A stretch of 64,000 nt of DNA from an uncultured Acidobacteriota bacterium (GCA_945787955.1 CALZKF010000004.1:500-64499); one strand, 5' to 3'. Counted from the stretch's first letter, positions 21,401 to 30,610 are shown. Numbers and translations: made by a program. The notes: generated by a model not told the origin, from the letters alone.

Positions 21401-21820
21401 ATGAGACAGACCAGCACCGAATTCCAGGTCCGGACACCGGGCCGGACCATGATCGACTTCAGTCACGAGGTTGTGGACTGGGTCCGGAAGTCCGGCATCC
21501 GGGAGGGGCTTCTGACCCTGCATGTCCGGCACACCTCCGCATCGCTGCTGATCCAGGAGAACGCCGATCCGGAGGTCCAGCGGGATATGGAGCGGTTCAT
21601 GGCCCGTCTGATCCCCGACGGCGACCCGATGCTGCGGCACACCGCCGAGGGTCCCGACGATATGCCGGCCCATATCCGCTCGGCTGTGACCGCCACATCG
21701 CTTTCGATACCGGTTGCCGGTGGTGAGCCGGCCCTGGGAACCTGGCAGGGTGTTTACCTTTACGAACATCGTTCCATGCCTCATCGCCGCCGTGTGGCGG
21801 CCCACCTGATCGGAGAATGA
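21401..21820 (+). CDS. YjbQ/UPF0047 family protein (secondary thiamine-phosphate synthase-like)
   Basis: HTSASLLIQENADPEV and PDDMPAHIRS motifs. Confidence 0.85.
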   Translation: MRQTSTEFQVRTPGRTMIDFSHEVVDWVRKSGIREGLLTLHVRHTSASLLIQENADPEVQRDMERFMARLIPDGDPMLRHTAEGPDDMPAHIRSAVTATSLSIPVAGGEPALGTWQGVYLYEHRSMPHRRRVAAHLIGE

Positions 21821-21821
21821 C

Positions 21822-22247
21822 ATGCCCTGCATGGAAGTGACGCTGCCCAGGCTGGGTGTGGAGGTGAAGCGGAATCTGGCAAGGGTGCTCACGAATGCCT
21901 ACGCCGACAGTACCGGCATGGACAGGGAGCGGATCGGCATCCGGTTCCTGGAATACGGCGAGGGTCAGGCCGCCTATGCCGGCGTCCTGGATGAAGGCGG
22001 GGACGGCGGCAGGCCGTACGTCCACGTGGTGCTGTACTGTCCGCGGCAGACGCGGGAAGTGAAGCAGCGCATCGTCCGACGGATCAACGCCGGGCTCCGC
22101 GACAGCCTCGACCTTGCGGGAAGCCGGCCGGTTATCCATATCCAGGAGCACCCGTACGAAAATGTCGGTGTGGACGGCGAACTGCTTTCGGACCGATTCC
22201 CGGAGCTGGCGGACCGGAAATTCTATTACCCGCTGGACAGGGACTGA
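21822..22247 (+). CDS. Tautomerase-superfamily protein, tandem 4-OT-like halves
   Basis: Begins with Met-Pro (Pro1). There are two beta-alpha-beta halves (MPCMEVTLPRLGVEVKRNLARVL.. and PYVHVVLYCPRQTREVKQRIVRRI..). It starts 1 nt after the yjbQ-like stop. Confidence 0.55.
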   Translation: MPCMEVTLPRLGVEVKRNLARVLTNAYADSTGMDRERIGIRFLEYGEGQAAYAGVLDEGGDGGRPYVHVVLYCPRQTREVKQRIVRRINAGLRDSLDLAGSRPVIHIQEHPYENVGVDGELLSDRFPELADRKFYYPLDRD

Positions 22248-23227
22248 CCCAGCTTCTCCTTGAACGCCCGGGTCCGCAGCCGGCGGTTGATCTCGTCTGC
22301 GGCATCCACCGCCTCGTCCCACGCGGTGTAGATCTGCATCTTCTTCCCGGCCACAAGATCCCCGACAACGAACAGCCCTGGAATGGATGACTCGTACTTC
22401 TCCGAAACGATCGCCTTGCCGGAGCCGTCCACTTCGCCGCCCAGCCCGGTGAGCAGTTGGTTGTAGGCGATGATGCCCAGGGAGACGATGGTTCTGCTGG
22501 AGTCGACCCGGGTGCCGTCGGCCAGCACGAACCCCTCCAGCCCGGTCCGGGGCGTCCCCAGGACCTCGGCGATCGGTGAGGTATGGACCGGCATGTCATA
22601 GACCGCCATCAGCTTCTCGGTCGACTCGCTGAAATCCGGGTCGGTCCCGTTGGTCAGGATCGGAACCTGGTTGTGGCGGTAGCGCTGGATCATCATGGCG
22701 GCGATCGATGCGGCTGTGGAGTTGTGGCCGATGACCGACAGGGTATGCCCCAATGTGCGGTGGCCGTCGCACCGGACGCAATAGATCGCCTCGCCCCGGT
22801 TGGCGTACGGGAATATCGGGTCGATGGAGCCGTTGATCTCCGGCTGGACGTCCATAATACCGGTGGCCAGGATGACATACCGTGCACGCACCGCCTGGCC
22901 CTCGCCGTACTTCACGACGAATTCCTCTCCGTCCTGCTCCAGGGATGTCGCGATATCCTTCATTGCGGTTCCGATCCCCTGCAGCGGTTCCTGACCGTCG
23001 ATCCAGGCCAGGGTCGACTTCACCGTGCCGAGGATCGGTCGTTTCATGTCGTGCATCCCCGGGATGTTGTCCACCTCCCCGACCCACATCGCCCGTCCCC
23101 GGCGGCTGGTTTTTTTATCTCCCATGAACAATACGGTCCTGTCACAGTTGAGCACGCCCCGGAGGTACGCCATAGCACCGGCGCCGCCGCCTCCGATGAC
23201 CGCCAAATCGACCTGTTCCATGGTCAT
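22226..23227 (-). CDS. FAD-dependent pyridine nucleotide-disulfide oxidoreductase (thioredoxin-reductase-like)
   Basis: DLAVIGGGGAGAMA dinucleotide fold and GLFVVGDL C-terminal FAD motif. The start is trimmed to ATG 23227, which overlaps the upstream stop as ATGA. Confidence 0.8.
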   Translation of the reverse strand: MTMEQVDLAVIGGGGAGAMAYLRGVLNCDRTVLFMGDKKTSRRGRAMWVGEVDNIPGMHDMKRPILGTVKSTLAWIDGQEPLQGIGTAMKDIATSLEQDGEEFVVKYGEGQAVRARYVILATGIMDVQPEINGSIDPIFPYANRGEAIYCVRCDGHRTLGHTLSVIGHNSTAASIAAMMIQRYRHNQVPILTNGTDPDFSESTEKLMAVYDMPVHTSPIAEVLGTPRTGLEGFVLADGTRVDSSRTIVSLGIIAYNQLLTGLGGEVDGSGKAIVSEKYESSIPGLFVVGDLVAGKKMQIYTAWDEAVDAADEINRRLRTRAFKEKLGQSLSSG

Positions 23228-23889
23228 GTCCTCACGCCGACCGCCAGGCCGTCCGGAGTCGGGATGCAGGCTGCGATGCAATGTTCCGCCAGCAGGCGGT
23301 GGGTCTCGATGACCGACGCGCGCGCCGCCGCATGTTCCTGATCGTCGTCCGCAAGAAGTCCGAACAGGTAGGCGTTGTCCGCCAGTACCAGGCCTCCCGG
23401 CCTGAGATTATCCAGTGCCCAGCGGGCGTAGGTCTCGTAACCTTCCTTGTCGGCGTCCACGAACACCGCATCGAACGGTCCCTGTTCGGCAAGGCTGTCG
23501 AGGAACTCCCTGCCGTCGCCGGTCAACTGGGTGACCTGGTCCGCCACGCCGGCTCTCTGGAAAACGCCGCCCGCCGCTGCGGCATGGGCCTGCTCCAGTT
23601 CCAGCGTCCAGAGACGGCCTTCGGGTCCCATGCCGGCCAGAAGCCAAAGCGCAGAATAGCCGGACAAGGTGCCGAACTCCACGACCTTCTTTGCCGAGGC
23701 AAGGTGCATCAGCAGTTTCAGGATCCTGCCGTCGGTAGGCGAGACCTGGATTTTCGGCATCCCGGTTCGCTCCAGTGTGTCAAGGGCGTCGGCGAATGCC
23801 GGGCCCGGATCTCCGTAGATCGACTCCAGAAGCTCGTGGATGTCGGGGTTGCCGTACCGGGTGCCGTCACGGGATGCGTCGTCGGCCAT
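23224..23889 (-). CDS. Cation-dependent O-methyltransferase (caffeoyl-CoA OMT-like)
   Basis: VVEFGTLSGYSALWL motif I and FVDADKEGY. GGAGGGA SD is present. Confidence 0.85.
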   Translation of the reverse strand: MADDASRDGTRYGNPDIHELLESIYGDPGPAFADALDTLERTGMPKIQVSPTDGRILKLLMHLASAKKVVEFGTLSGYSALWLLAGMGPEGRLWTLELEQAHAAAAGGVFQRAGVADQVTQLTGDGREFLDSLAEQGPFDAVFVDADKEGYETYARWALDNLRPGGLVLADNAYLFGLLADDDQEHAAARASVIETHRLLAEHCIAACIPTPDGLAVGVRT

Positions 23890-23921
23890 GGTGTTCCCTC
23901 CAGGAGGAGGATTGTACCTTC

Positions 23922-25970
23922 CTATTCCAGGATGAACACCTGTTCTGCTGTCAGTGCTTCGGGAGCGACCTCCGGTGAGAAGCGGATGTGGTAGACGTAT
24001 TCGCCAGGCGGGAGGAACCGGCTGTCCACCGGGTCGGAAAGTTCGGCACAGGATCCGGCCCGAGGTGGTTTCGCAGTATCGAACCGGAAGATCGGCTCAC
24101 CGTCCCGGGCTACGAACCGGACTACATCCACGGACTTGCCCTTCTTCGGTGAGCACACCCATGTTCTGAACTCCAGGCCGTCTCCACGCCGCACCGGCCT
24201 TTGCGGCAGTGGCAGAGCGGCGCTCAGGATCTCCGTACTGCGAGTCGCTCCGGCGACCTGCTTCGCTTTGTCGGTCATGTCCGGAAGTGCGGTCCGGATC
24301 CAGGGTTGTCCGCTCCGGAACGGAACCGGGGTGGATAATCCTGCTTCACCAGGTTCGGGGAGGGTCATTTCGAGCGAGCCGCCTCCGAAGGTCCGGGCGT
24401 TGCGATCCCGAATGAACGCCCCCAGATGCCACTCACCTGGTTTGAGGCCATCGAGAACCCGCTCGTGGACGATATAACTGCCGGCAACGGCCCCGGTCTC
24501 TACGGTCAGTCGGGAGTGGGCCAGCAGTTCCACAGGGTCCACACCCGGGTCGCGGTACATCAGGGCGCCGGTTTCCCAGGCTCCGGTTTTACCCCCGGCA
24601 GCCGGCAGGAGAAGCAGTCCTTCAGCCTCCATCGCCACACGGACCGCAACCTCCCAGCGTCCTTTCTTGAGCCCTATGGGGTGGAGGGATGCAGCCAGCG
24701 GTACGTCGGTAACATCCTCCGGCGAGCGCAGCACCGCCTGGGCTTCCCGGAGCCAGCGGTCGAAACGGGTCAGGTGCTGAAGCCGAATCCCCCGGGGGAT
24801 CCTCCGGTCGTGTACGAACACCGCAGCGTGGTACAGGTCGTTACGTCTCAAGGGCGGCGGCTCGACGCCGATACGGTAGATGCAGCGACAGCCGCGGCCG
24901 GCCTCCCCGGTCACTGCAGGCAGGAGGTGCGCCGCCCGGTTGTAGGATCCTCCTGAATAGTCGGCCAGGTTGGCGCCGACGTTGATCCCGGCTGCGTTGG
25001 CGTCGGACCCGGAGAAGGCGGCGGCGATGGTGGTGCGGGACAGCACCGCGTCGGCGCCGACCTGTTCGATCTCTTGGTTCAGGTCCCGGACGTCGGTGTC
25101 ACTTACTCCTGAAAAAAGTCTCGCCGGGTACAGTGCGTCGTTCTGGAAAAAATACAGGACCGTCTTGCGGCCCCGGACCTGCTCCAGCCGGTACAGCAGT
25201 CTTTGCAGCGCTCCCATGGACCAGGAGCCATGGGAGTATTCCTCCCGAGCAAAACCTCGGCATTTGACCTGGCACGACTTGATGCAACTCCTCATGGACA
25301 AGGTGTCCAGTCCGACACAACGGTCGTAACACGCTTCGCACTCGTCCTGGCGGAGTGCCCGCTGAGTGGGAAACGGGTCGAAAAGTACCGGGTCGGTCCG
25401 GGCGGCGTCGAGAGTTGCCAGCAGCTCTTCCTTACTGTCCGTAACCTCGGTTAGTTCTTGCAGGCCTTTGACGGAAGTCCAGGCCATGATCTGGACCCGC
25501 TCACCCGGCTGCTTGACCTCCCGAACCCAGCGTTCGGCTTCGGCCAGGGCGTTGAACCGCCCGCCTTGGTCCAGCTGGCCGAAGTTGAGGTACAGGATGT
25601 ACAGCATCGGTTCCGCCGGGACCGGCGGCAGGGAGGTGACCTGTTCCGGTGGGAGCTCTGCCTCCTCAACCACCAGGGTCTCGTCGGCTGTCGGATCGCT
25701 GCAGGTGCACAGGTCGTCCACCGAGTACAGGGTGCGGACCTTGCCGTTGATCTTGAGGGTGAAATCCGACAGGGTCAGACCACGCATCGGGAGCCCCTCT
25801 GTGTCATAGACCTCCACGTCCAAAAGAATGAGATCGATGCCGGTCTCTTCGATGAAATCGACCCGGTACGGCTCCGGCTCCGGACGGTTGTCCCGGGCTC
25901 CATTCGCCCCTGCAACTGCCGCCATAACCAGCAGACAACCGATGGACCGCCTTGTCACCATTCCCATCAT
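23922..25970 (-). CDS. Secreted VWFA-related domain protein (family first described in Acidobacteria)
   Basis: Signal peptide present. N-terminal LILLDVEVYDTEGLPMRGLTLSDFTLKINGK pattern, a Cys-rich insert, and no catalytic motif. The start is taken at ATG 25970; the track TTG is at 25979. Confidence 0.7.
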   Translation of the reverse strand: MMGMVTRRSIGCLLVMAAVAGANGARDNRPEPEPYRVDFIEETGIDLILLDVEVYDTEGLPMRGLTLSDFTLKINGKVRTLYSVDDLCTCSDPTADETLVVEEAELPPEQVTSLPPVPAEPMLYILYLNFGQLDQGGRFNALAEAERWVREVKQPGERVQIMAWTSVKGLQELTEVTDSKEELLATLDAARTDPVLFDPFPTQRALRQDECEACYDRCVGLDTLSMRSCIKSCQVKCRGFAREEYSHGSWSMGALQRLLYRLEQVRGRKTVLYFFQNDALYPARLFSGVSDTDVRDLNQEIEQVGADAVLSRTTIAAAFSGSDANAAGINVGANLADYSGGSYNRAAHLLPAVTGEAGRGCRCIYRIGVEPPPLRRNDLYHAAVFVHDRRIPRGIRLQHLTRFDRWLREAQAVLRSPEDVTDVPLAASLHPIGLKKGRWEVAVRVAMEAEGLLLLPAAGGKTGAWETGALMYRDPGVDPVELLAHSRLTVETGAVAGSYIVHERVLDGLKPGEWHLGAFIRDRNARTFGGGSLEMTLPEPGEAGLSTPVPFRSGQPWIRTALPDMTDKAKQVAGATRSTEILSAALPLPQRPVRRGDGLEFRTWVCSPKKGKSVDVVRFVARDGEPIFRFDTAKPPRAGSCAELSDPVDSRFLPPGEYVYHIRFSPEVAPEALTAEQVFILE

Positions 25971-26079
25971 GTTCCTCAAATCATACCGGCGGAATAGGGA
26001 TTGTGGAACGGGGGGGCTGCGGCTTTTGGGTTATTTGCGGATATACTGCCGCATTCAGCAGTCGATGGAGGCCCGCAAG

Positions 26080-29000
26080 ATGAAGAAGCTGTGCTCCCTG
26101 CTCGTTATTATGCTGGCGCTGGCAGCGGGGCCGGCCATGGCGAAAAAGAAACCGGCCGCGGAGATCAAGGCGGACGAGGGTCCGTGGAAAGCGTCCACTT
26201 TCAGCGGCCTTGCCCTGCGCAACATCGGCCCGGCACTGACTTCCGGGCGGATCGCCGATTTCGCCGTGGACCGCCGTAACCGCAAGCGGTTCTTCGTGGC
26301 GGTGGCATCCGGTGGCGTCTGGAAAACGGAAAACGCAGGCACCACCTGGACGCCGCTGTTCGACAAAGAGGGCTCGTACTCCATCGGCACCGTGACTTTG
26401 GATCCGGGGGATCCGTCGGTGGTCTGGGTCGGGACCGGGGAGAACAACAGTCAGCGCAGTGTCGGTTACGGTGACGGCGTCTACAAGTCGGTGGACGGAG
26501 GCAAGAGCTGGACCCATATGGGCCTCAAGGACTCGGAGCACATCGGCGGCATCGTGGTCGACCCCCGGGACTCGGACCGGGTATTCGTGGCGGCCCATGG
26601 TCCGCTGTGGCGGTCCGGTGGTGATCGCGGCCTGTTCCTGACCGAGGACGGCGGCAAGAGCTGGAGCAACGTTCTCGAGATTTCCGAGAACACCGGGATC
26701 AACGAAGTGGTTATCGATCCCCGGAACCCGGAGATAATGTACGCCTCGTCCTACCAGCGCCGCCGCCACGTCTGGGTGCTGATCAACGGCGGTCCGGAAG
26801 GAGCGCTGTACAAATCGAAAGACGGTGGGAAGACCTGGAACAAGCTGAGCAACGGGCTCCCCGAAGGTGATATCGGCCGGATCGGACTGGCGATTTCACC
26901 GGTGCAGCCGGACACGGTCTACGCCATTATCGAAGCGGCCGACAAGGAGGGTGGGTTCTACCGCTCCGTGGACGCCGGGGCCAGTTGGGAAAAACGCAGC
27001 GACTATGTCGCCGGCAGTCCCCAGTATTACAACGAAATCATCGCCGACCCGAAGCGTGCGGACCGGGTGTACTCCATGGACACCTGGATGCATGTCACCG
27101 AGGATGGCGGCAAAAGCTTCCACAAGGTGGGGGAAGTCACCAAGCATGTGGACAACCACGCATTGTGGATCGACCCGGCCGATACCGATTATCTGCTGGC
27201 CGGTTGCGATGGTGGTGTGTACGAGACGTTCGACCGGGGCGCCACCTGGGCGTTCAAGGCCAACCTCCCGGTAACCCAGTTCTACCGGGCGACGCCGGAC
27301 AACGATGTGCCGTTCTACAACGTGTATGGCGGCACCCAGGACAACGCCACCCTGGGCGGACCATCCCGGACGGCTACCGTCCACGGCATCACCAACCAGG
27401 ACTGGTTCGTCACCATTTTCGGGGACGGCTACAAGACGGTCATCGACCCCACCGATCCGGATATCCTCTATTCCCAGTACCAGTACGGCGGCCTGGCCCG
27501 GTTCGATCGCAACAGCGGTGAACTGGTGGACATCCAGCCCCAGCCGGCGCCTGGCGTGGACGGCTCCCGGTGGAACTGGGACAGCCCGGTGATCATCTCT
27601 CCTCATTCCAATACACGGTTGTATTTTGCTTCCCAGCGGCTGTACCGCTCCGACGACCGCGGCAACTCCTGGAAGCCGGTCAGCGGCGACCTCAGTTCCG
27701 GTGTGGACCGCAACAAGCTCAAGGTCATGGGCAGAGTGTGGTCGGTAGACGCGGTGGCGAAAAATGCTTCCACTTCGTTTTACGGCAACATCGTGGCGCT
27801 GAACGAATCCACCCTGCTGGAAGGGTTGATCTACGTCGGAACCGACGACGGGCTGGTGCAGGTCACCGAAAACGGCGGCGAGACATGGACACGGGTGGCC
27901 GACATCGCCGGGGTGCCGGCCAGAGCTTACGTATACGACCTGGAGCCTTCCCTCCACGACGCCAAGGTGGTGTTCGGTTCGTTCAACAACTTCAAGATGG
28001 GCGATTTCAAGCCGTACCTGATGAAGAGCTCGGACCGGGGCAGGACCTGGAGCTCGATCACCGGCAACCTGCCGGAGCGGGGCTCGACCTATGCCTTCGC
28101 CCAGGATCACGTCAACCCGGATCTGTTGTTCGTCGGCACCGAGTTCGGCCTGTTCTTCACGGTGGACGGCGGCAAGGTCTGGACCGCCCTCTCGGGAGGC
28201 ATGCCTACGGTGGCTGTGCGGGACCTGGAAATCCAGCGCCGGGAGAACGACCTGGTGCTGGGCACCTTCGGCCGCGGGATCCTGATCCTGGATGATTACA
28301 CGCCGCTTCGGACTATCTCAGAAGAAACGCTGAAGGCCGGCTCGACACTGTTCCCGGTGAAAGACGCCTGGATGTACATCCCGGCGGTACCGATGGGCAT
28401 CCGGGGGAAGGCGTTCCAGGGTGACGGCTTCTTCACGGCGCCGAACCCGCCGTACGGGGCGGTCTTTACTTACTATCTGGCCGATGAGATCAAGACCCTT
28501 GCAGAGACCCGCAAGGCGAAAGAGAGCGAGATCAAGGAGCAGGGCGGTGACGTGCACTACCCGTCCTGGGATGATCTGCGAGCCGAGGACCGGGAAGAGG
28601 AGCCGGTGATCCTGCTCACCGTACGGGATTCGGACGGCAGGGTGGTTCGCCGAGTGGAAGGACCTGTGACTGCCGGCTTCCACCGGGTGGCCTGGGACTT
28701 CCGTTATCCCGCCACCGAGCCGGTGGATCTGACACCGGATGATCCCGGGCCGTTCGGAAGTCCGGATCGGGGGCCGATGGCGGCGCCCGGTAACTACACC
28801 GTTTCCCTCGCCAGGCGTGTCCGTGGCGAGGTTGCGGAACTCTCGGAGAGCCGGCCGTTCAAGGCGGTTCCCCTGGGTAACGCCCTCCTGCCGGCGGAAG
28901 ATCGGGAAGCGCTGGAATCATTCCAGCTGAAGGCCGGCCGGCTCAACCGCGCAGTACTCGGCGCCAACCGTTCCCTTTCCGAAGCCTTGGATCGGATCAA

Positions 29001-29376
29001 GCACCTCAAGAAAGGGATCGACTACACACCGGTCGCCTCGGGAGAGCTGGCCGTCAGGGTCCGGCAACTGGAATCGGAGCTCAAGGACGTTCAGGTTCTC
29101 CTCACCGGTGACGGCACGATCAGCCGCCGGAGCGAACCGACGCCACCTTCAATCACCGACCGTGTGCAACGGATCATCCAGGCCCAGTGGGATTCCACAT
29201 CGGCTCCCACCGGTACGAGCCGGGACGGTTATCGCTTCGCCGCCGAAGCGTTCGCACCGGTCCTGGCCGACCTGACACGATTGATCGAGGAAGACCTGAA
29301 GGGACTGGAACAGGATCTTGAATCGGCCGGTGGCCCCTGGACTCCCGGCCGGGTCCCGCGCTGGACCCCTGAATAA
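26080..29376 (+). CDS. Sortilin/VPS10-type BNR (Asp-box) repeat protein, paralogue of 5425-8370
   Basis: Signal peptide MKKLCSLLVIMLALAAGPAMA and at least 10 Asp-boxes (SVDGGKSW, TEDGGKSW, SKDGGKTW ...). The N-terminal block GGVWKTENAGTTWTPLFD parallels GGLWKTENNGVTFEPLFD. The track ORF is extended 252 nt upstream into the antisense of the VWA gene. An alternative ATG lies at 26065. Confidence 0.85.
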   Translation: MKKLCSLLVIMLALAAGPAMAKKKPAAEIKADEGPWKASTFSGLALRNIGPALTSGRIADFAVDRRNRKRFFVAVASGGVWKTENAGTTWTPLFDKEGSYSIGTVTLDPGDPSVVWVGTGENNSQRSVGYGDGVYKSVDGGKSWTHMGLKDSEHIGGIVVDPRDSDRVFVAAHGPLWRSGGDRGLFLTEDGGKSWSNVLEISENTGINEVVIDPRNPEIMYASSYQRRRHVWVLINGGPEGALYKSKDGGKTWNKLSNGLPEGDIGRIGLAISPVQPDTVYAIIEAADKEGGFYRSVDAGASWEKRSDYVAGSPQYYNEIIADPKRADRVYSMDTWMHVTEDGGKSFHKVGEVTKHVDNHALWIDPADTDYLLAGCDGGVYETFDRGATWAFKANLPVTQFYRATPDNDVPFYNVYGGTQDNATLGGPSRTATVHGITNQDWFVTIFGDGYKTVIDPTDPDILYSQYQYGGLARFDRNSGELVDIQPQPAPGVDGSRWNWDSPVIISPHSNTRLYFASQRLYRSDDRGNSWKPVSGDLSSGVDRNKLKVMGRVWSVDAVAKNASTSFYGNIVALNESTLLEGLIYVGTDDGLVQVTENGGETWTRVADIAGVPARAYVYDLEPSLHDAKVVFGSFNNFKMGDFKPYLMKSSDRGRTWSSITGNLPERGSTYAFAQDHVNPDLLFVGTEFGLFFTVDGGKVWTALSGGMPTVAVRDLEIQRRENDLVLGTFGRGILILDDYTPLRTISEETLKAGSTLFPVKDAWMYIPAVPMGIRGKAFQGDGFFTAPNPPYGAVFTYYLADEIKTLAETRKAKESEIKEQGGDVHYPSWDDLRAEDREEEPVILLTVRDSDGRVVRRVEGPVTAGFHRVAWDFRYPATEPVDLTPDDPGPFGSPDRGPMAAPGNYTVSLARRVRGEVAELSESRPFKAVPLGNALLPAEDREALESFQLKAGRLNRAVLGANRSLSEALDRIKHLKKGIDYTPVASGELAVRVRQLESELKDVQVLLTGDGTISRRSEPTPPSITDRVQRIIQAQWDSTSAPTGTSRDGYRFAAEAFAPVLADLTRLIEEDLKGLEQDLESAGGPWTPGRVPRWTPE

Positions 29377-29378
29377 AT

Positions 29379-29467
29379 GGGGACATTGCACTTTATATTT
29401 CAATACTTATTCCAGTGGCCTCAAGGGAGATAAGTATTCAAATATAAAGTGCAATGTCCCCTTTTTT
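29379..29467. terminator. Very long AT-rich hairpin (32-bp stem, 31/32 paired) plus T6; probable bidirectional terminator or repeat element
   Basis: 29379-29410 is the reverse complement of 29430-29461 with one mismatch (29401/29439). The loop is 19 nt and TTTTTT occupies 29462-29467. It lies between the BNR stop (29376) and the stop of a small minus-strand ORF. Confidence 0.7.
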
Positions 29468-29624
29468 ACGTGATCCGCTTCGCTTCGATGACCGTGAACG
29501 TCTCCCAGGCGATTCCGTCCAGATCGATGGCGGTCCTCTGGTCGAACCTGCCTTCAGCCGCCAGGAACCACAGCCCGTCGTGGAGCATCCCTTCCAGTTC
29601 TTCCCGTGAGTATTGCTCGTACAT
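29466..29624 (-). CDS. Hypothetical small protein (52 aa), not in the supplied track
   Basis: ATG 29624 is preceded by GGAG. Translation is MYEQYSREELEGMLHDGLWFLAAEGRFDQRTAIDLDGIAWETFTVIEAKRIT, and the TAA overlaps the hairpin T-tract. No family was recognised. Confidence 0.3.
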   Translation of the reverse strand: MYEQYSREELEGMLHDGLWFLAAEGRFDQRTAIDLDGIAWETFTVIEAKRIT

Positions 29625-29698
29625 GTTGATCTCCATTCCTGGGGCCGAGCATCGAATCAGGATACTATCTGTACGATGATATCGAACCGGAGCGCCGT

Positions 29699-29893
29699 AT
29701 GAACTTCTTTGATGACTTGGCCGCCCTGGCGGTGCCCCTGATCTGGATCCTGATCATGGCAGGCCGGTATATGAAGAAGCGGAAGCAAAAGCAGGATTAC
29801 TACGCCGCCGAGGACAAGCGGTCCGAGATCGACCTTCCGGATAACGACCGGCCCGAGAACAAGCCGATCCATCCCAAGGGAACCAACTGGTGA
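29699..29893 (+). CDS. Hypothetical small membrane protein (64 aa)
   Basis: One hydrophobic helix (LAALAVPLIWILIMAG) followed by a charged tail KKRKQKQD... No family was recognised. Confidence 0.3.
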   Translation: MNFFDDLAALAVPLIWILIMAGRYMKKRKQKQDYYAAEDKRSEIDLPDNDRPENKPIHPKGTNW

Positions 29894-29902
29894 GTGTGGC
29901 CT

Positions 29903-30208
29903 CTACCTCCCGGGCTTGTAGACTTGCACCTCCTCGGCCAGCCTGAGTCCCAGGTGATCCCGTTCGGTCTCCAGGTCAAATCGGGATTGCAGGTTCAGCC
30001 AGAACTGTTCGCTGGTGCCGAAGAACCGGGCAAGGCGGAGAGCCGTGTCGGCGCTGATCGCCCTTTTACCATGCACGATTTCGTTGATCCGCCTGGGAGA
30101 GACGGAAATATCCTTGGCCAAACGGTACTGGCTGAGTTCCATCGGCCCGAGGAAATCCTCCTGGAGTACCTCTCCCGGATGTACCGGCTTCATTTTTCCG
30201 TAAGCCAT
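29903..30208 (-). CDS. higA: HigA-family antitoxin (XRE-type HTH)
   Basis: KPVHPGEVLQEDFLGPMELSQYRLAKDISVSPRRINEIVHGKRAISADTALRLARFFGTS is the characteristic HigA/VapI sequence. GAGGGAG SD is present. It lies 13 nt downstream of higB. Confidence 0.9.
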   Translation of the reverse strand: MAYGKMKPVHPGEVLQEDFLGPMELSQYRLAKDISVSPRRINEIVHGKRAISADTALRLARFFGTSEQFWLNLQSRFDLETERDHLGLRLAEEVQVYKPGR

Positions 30209-30221
30209 AGTCGGCGCTCCC

Positions 30222-30503
30222 TCAGTGATAATCGACGATCTTTACTTCGTAGGCATCGCCCCGCTGCCATCTGAAACAGATCCGCCACTGGTCATTGATA
30301 CGAATGCTGTATCTCCCTTCACGTCTGCCCGTCAACTTTTCCAGTCGGTTTGCCGGCGGGATTCGCAGGTCGGCCAGGACTGCGGCAGCATCCAGCGCCA
30401 CGAGTTTTCGAAGCGCGGTCCGTTGCATGTCTGCCGGGAGTCGACTGGAGCGGCTGCGCCCGAATATCTTCCCTGTTTCCTTGCAGCGGAAGCTTTTGAT
30501 CAT
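30222..30503 (-). CDS. higB: HigB-family toxin (RelE/ParE superfamily, plasmid-maintenance killer protein)
   Basis: MIKSFRCKETGKIF...LDAA..L.DLRIPPANRLEKLTG.REG.YSIRINDQWRICFRW is typical HigB. Toxin-first gene order matches higBA. The start is trimmed to ATG 30503. Confidence 0.88.
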   Translation of the reverse strand: MIKSFRCKETGKIFGRSRSSRLPADMQRTALRKLVALDAAAVLADLRIPPANRLEKLTGRREGRYSIRINDQWRICFRWQRGDAYEVKIVDYH

Positions 30504-30508
30504 GGCCA

Positions 30509-30546
30509 ATAGTAACGTCATGCGTTAATAACGTCAAGTGTTATTA
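30509..30546 (-). promoter_or_regulatory. Putative higBA promoter with overlapping operator repeats
   Basis: Read on the minus strand: TTGACG (30537-30532) - 17 nt - TACTAT (30514-30509), then 5 nt to the ATG. A 7-bp palindrome TAATAAC/GTTATTA (30526-30532 / 30540-30546) brackets the -35, and TAACGTCA is directly repeated (30513-30520, 30529-36). Confidence 0.4.
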
Positions 30547-30557
30547 TTTCGCTCAAC

Positions 30558-30585
30558 AAAAAGGGCGCCTGTTGAGGCGCCCTTT
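30558..30585 (-). terminator. Rho-independent terminator downstream of pruA
   Basis: AAGGGCGCC (30561-30569) pairs with GGCGCCCTT (30576-30584) around a 6-nt loop. On the minus strand it is followed by TTTTT. Confidence 0.75.
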
Positions 30586-30610
30586 CCGTATCGAGCTGTG
30601 AACTTCCCGC

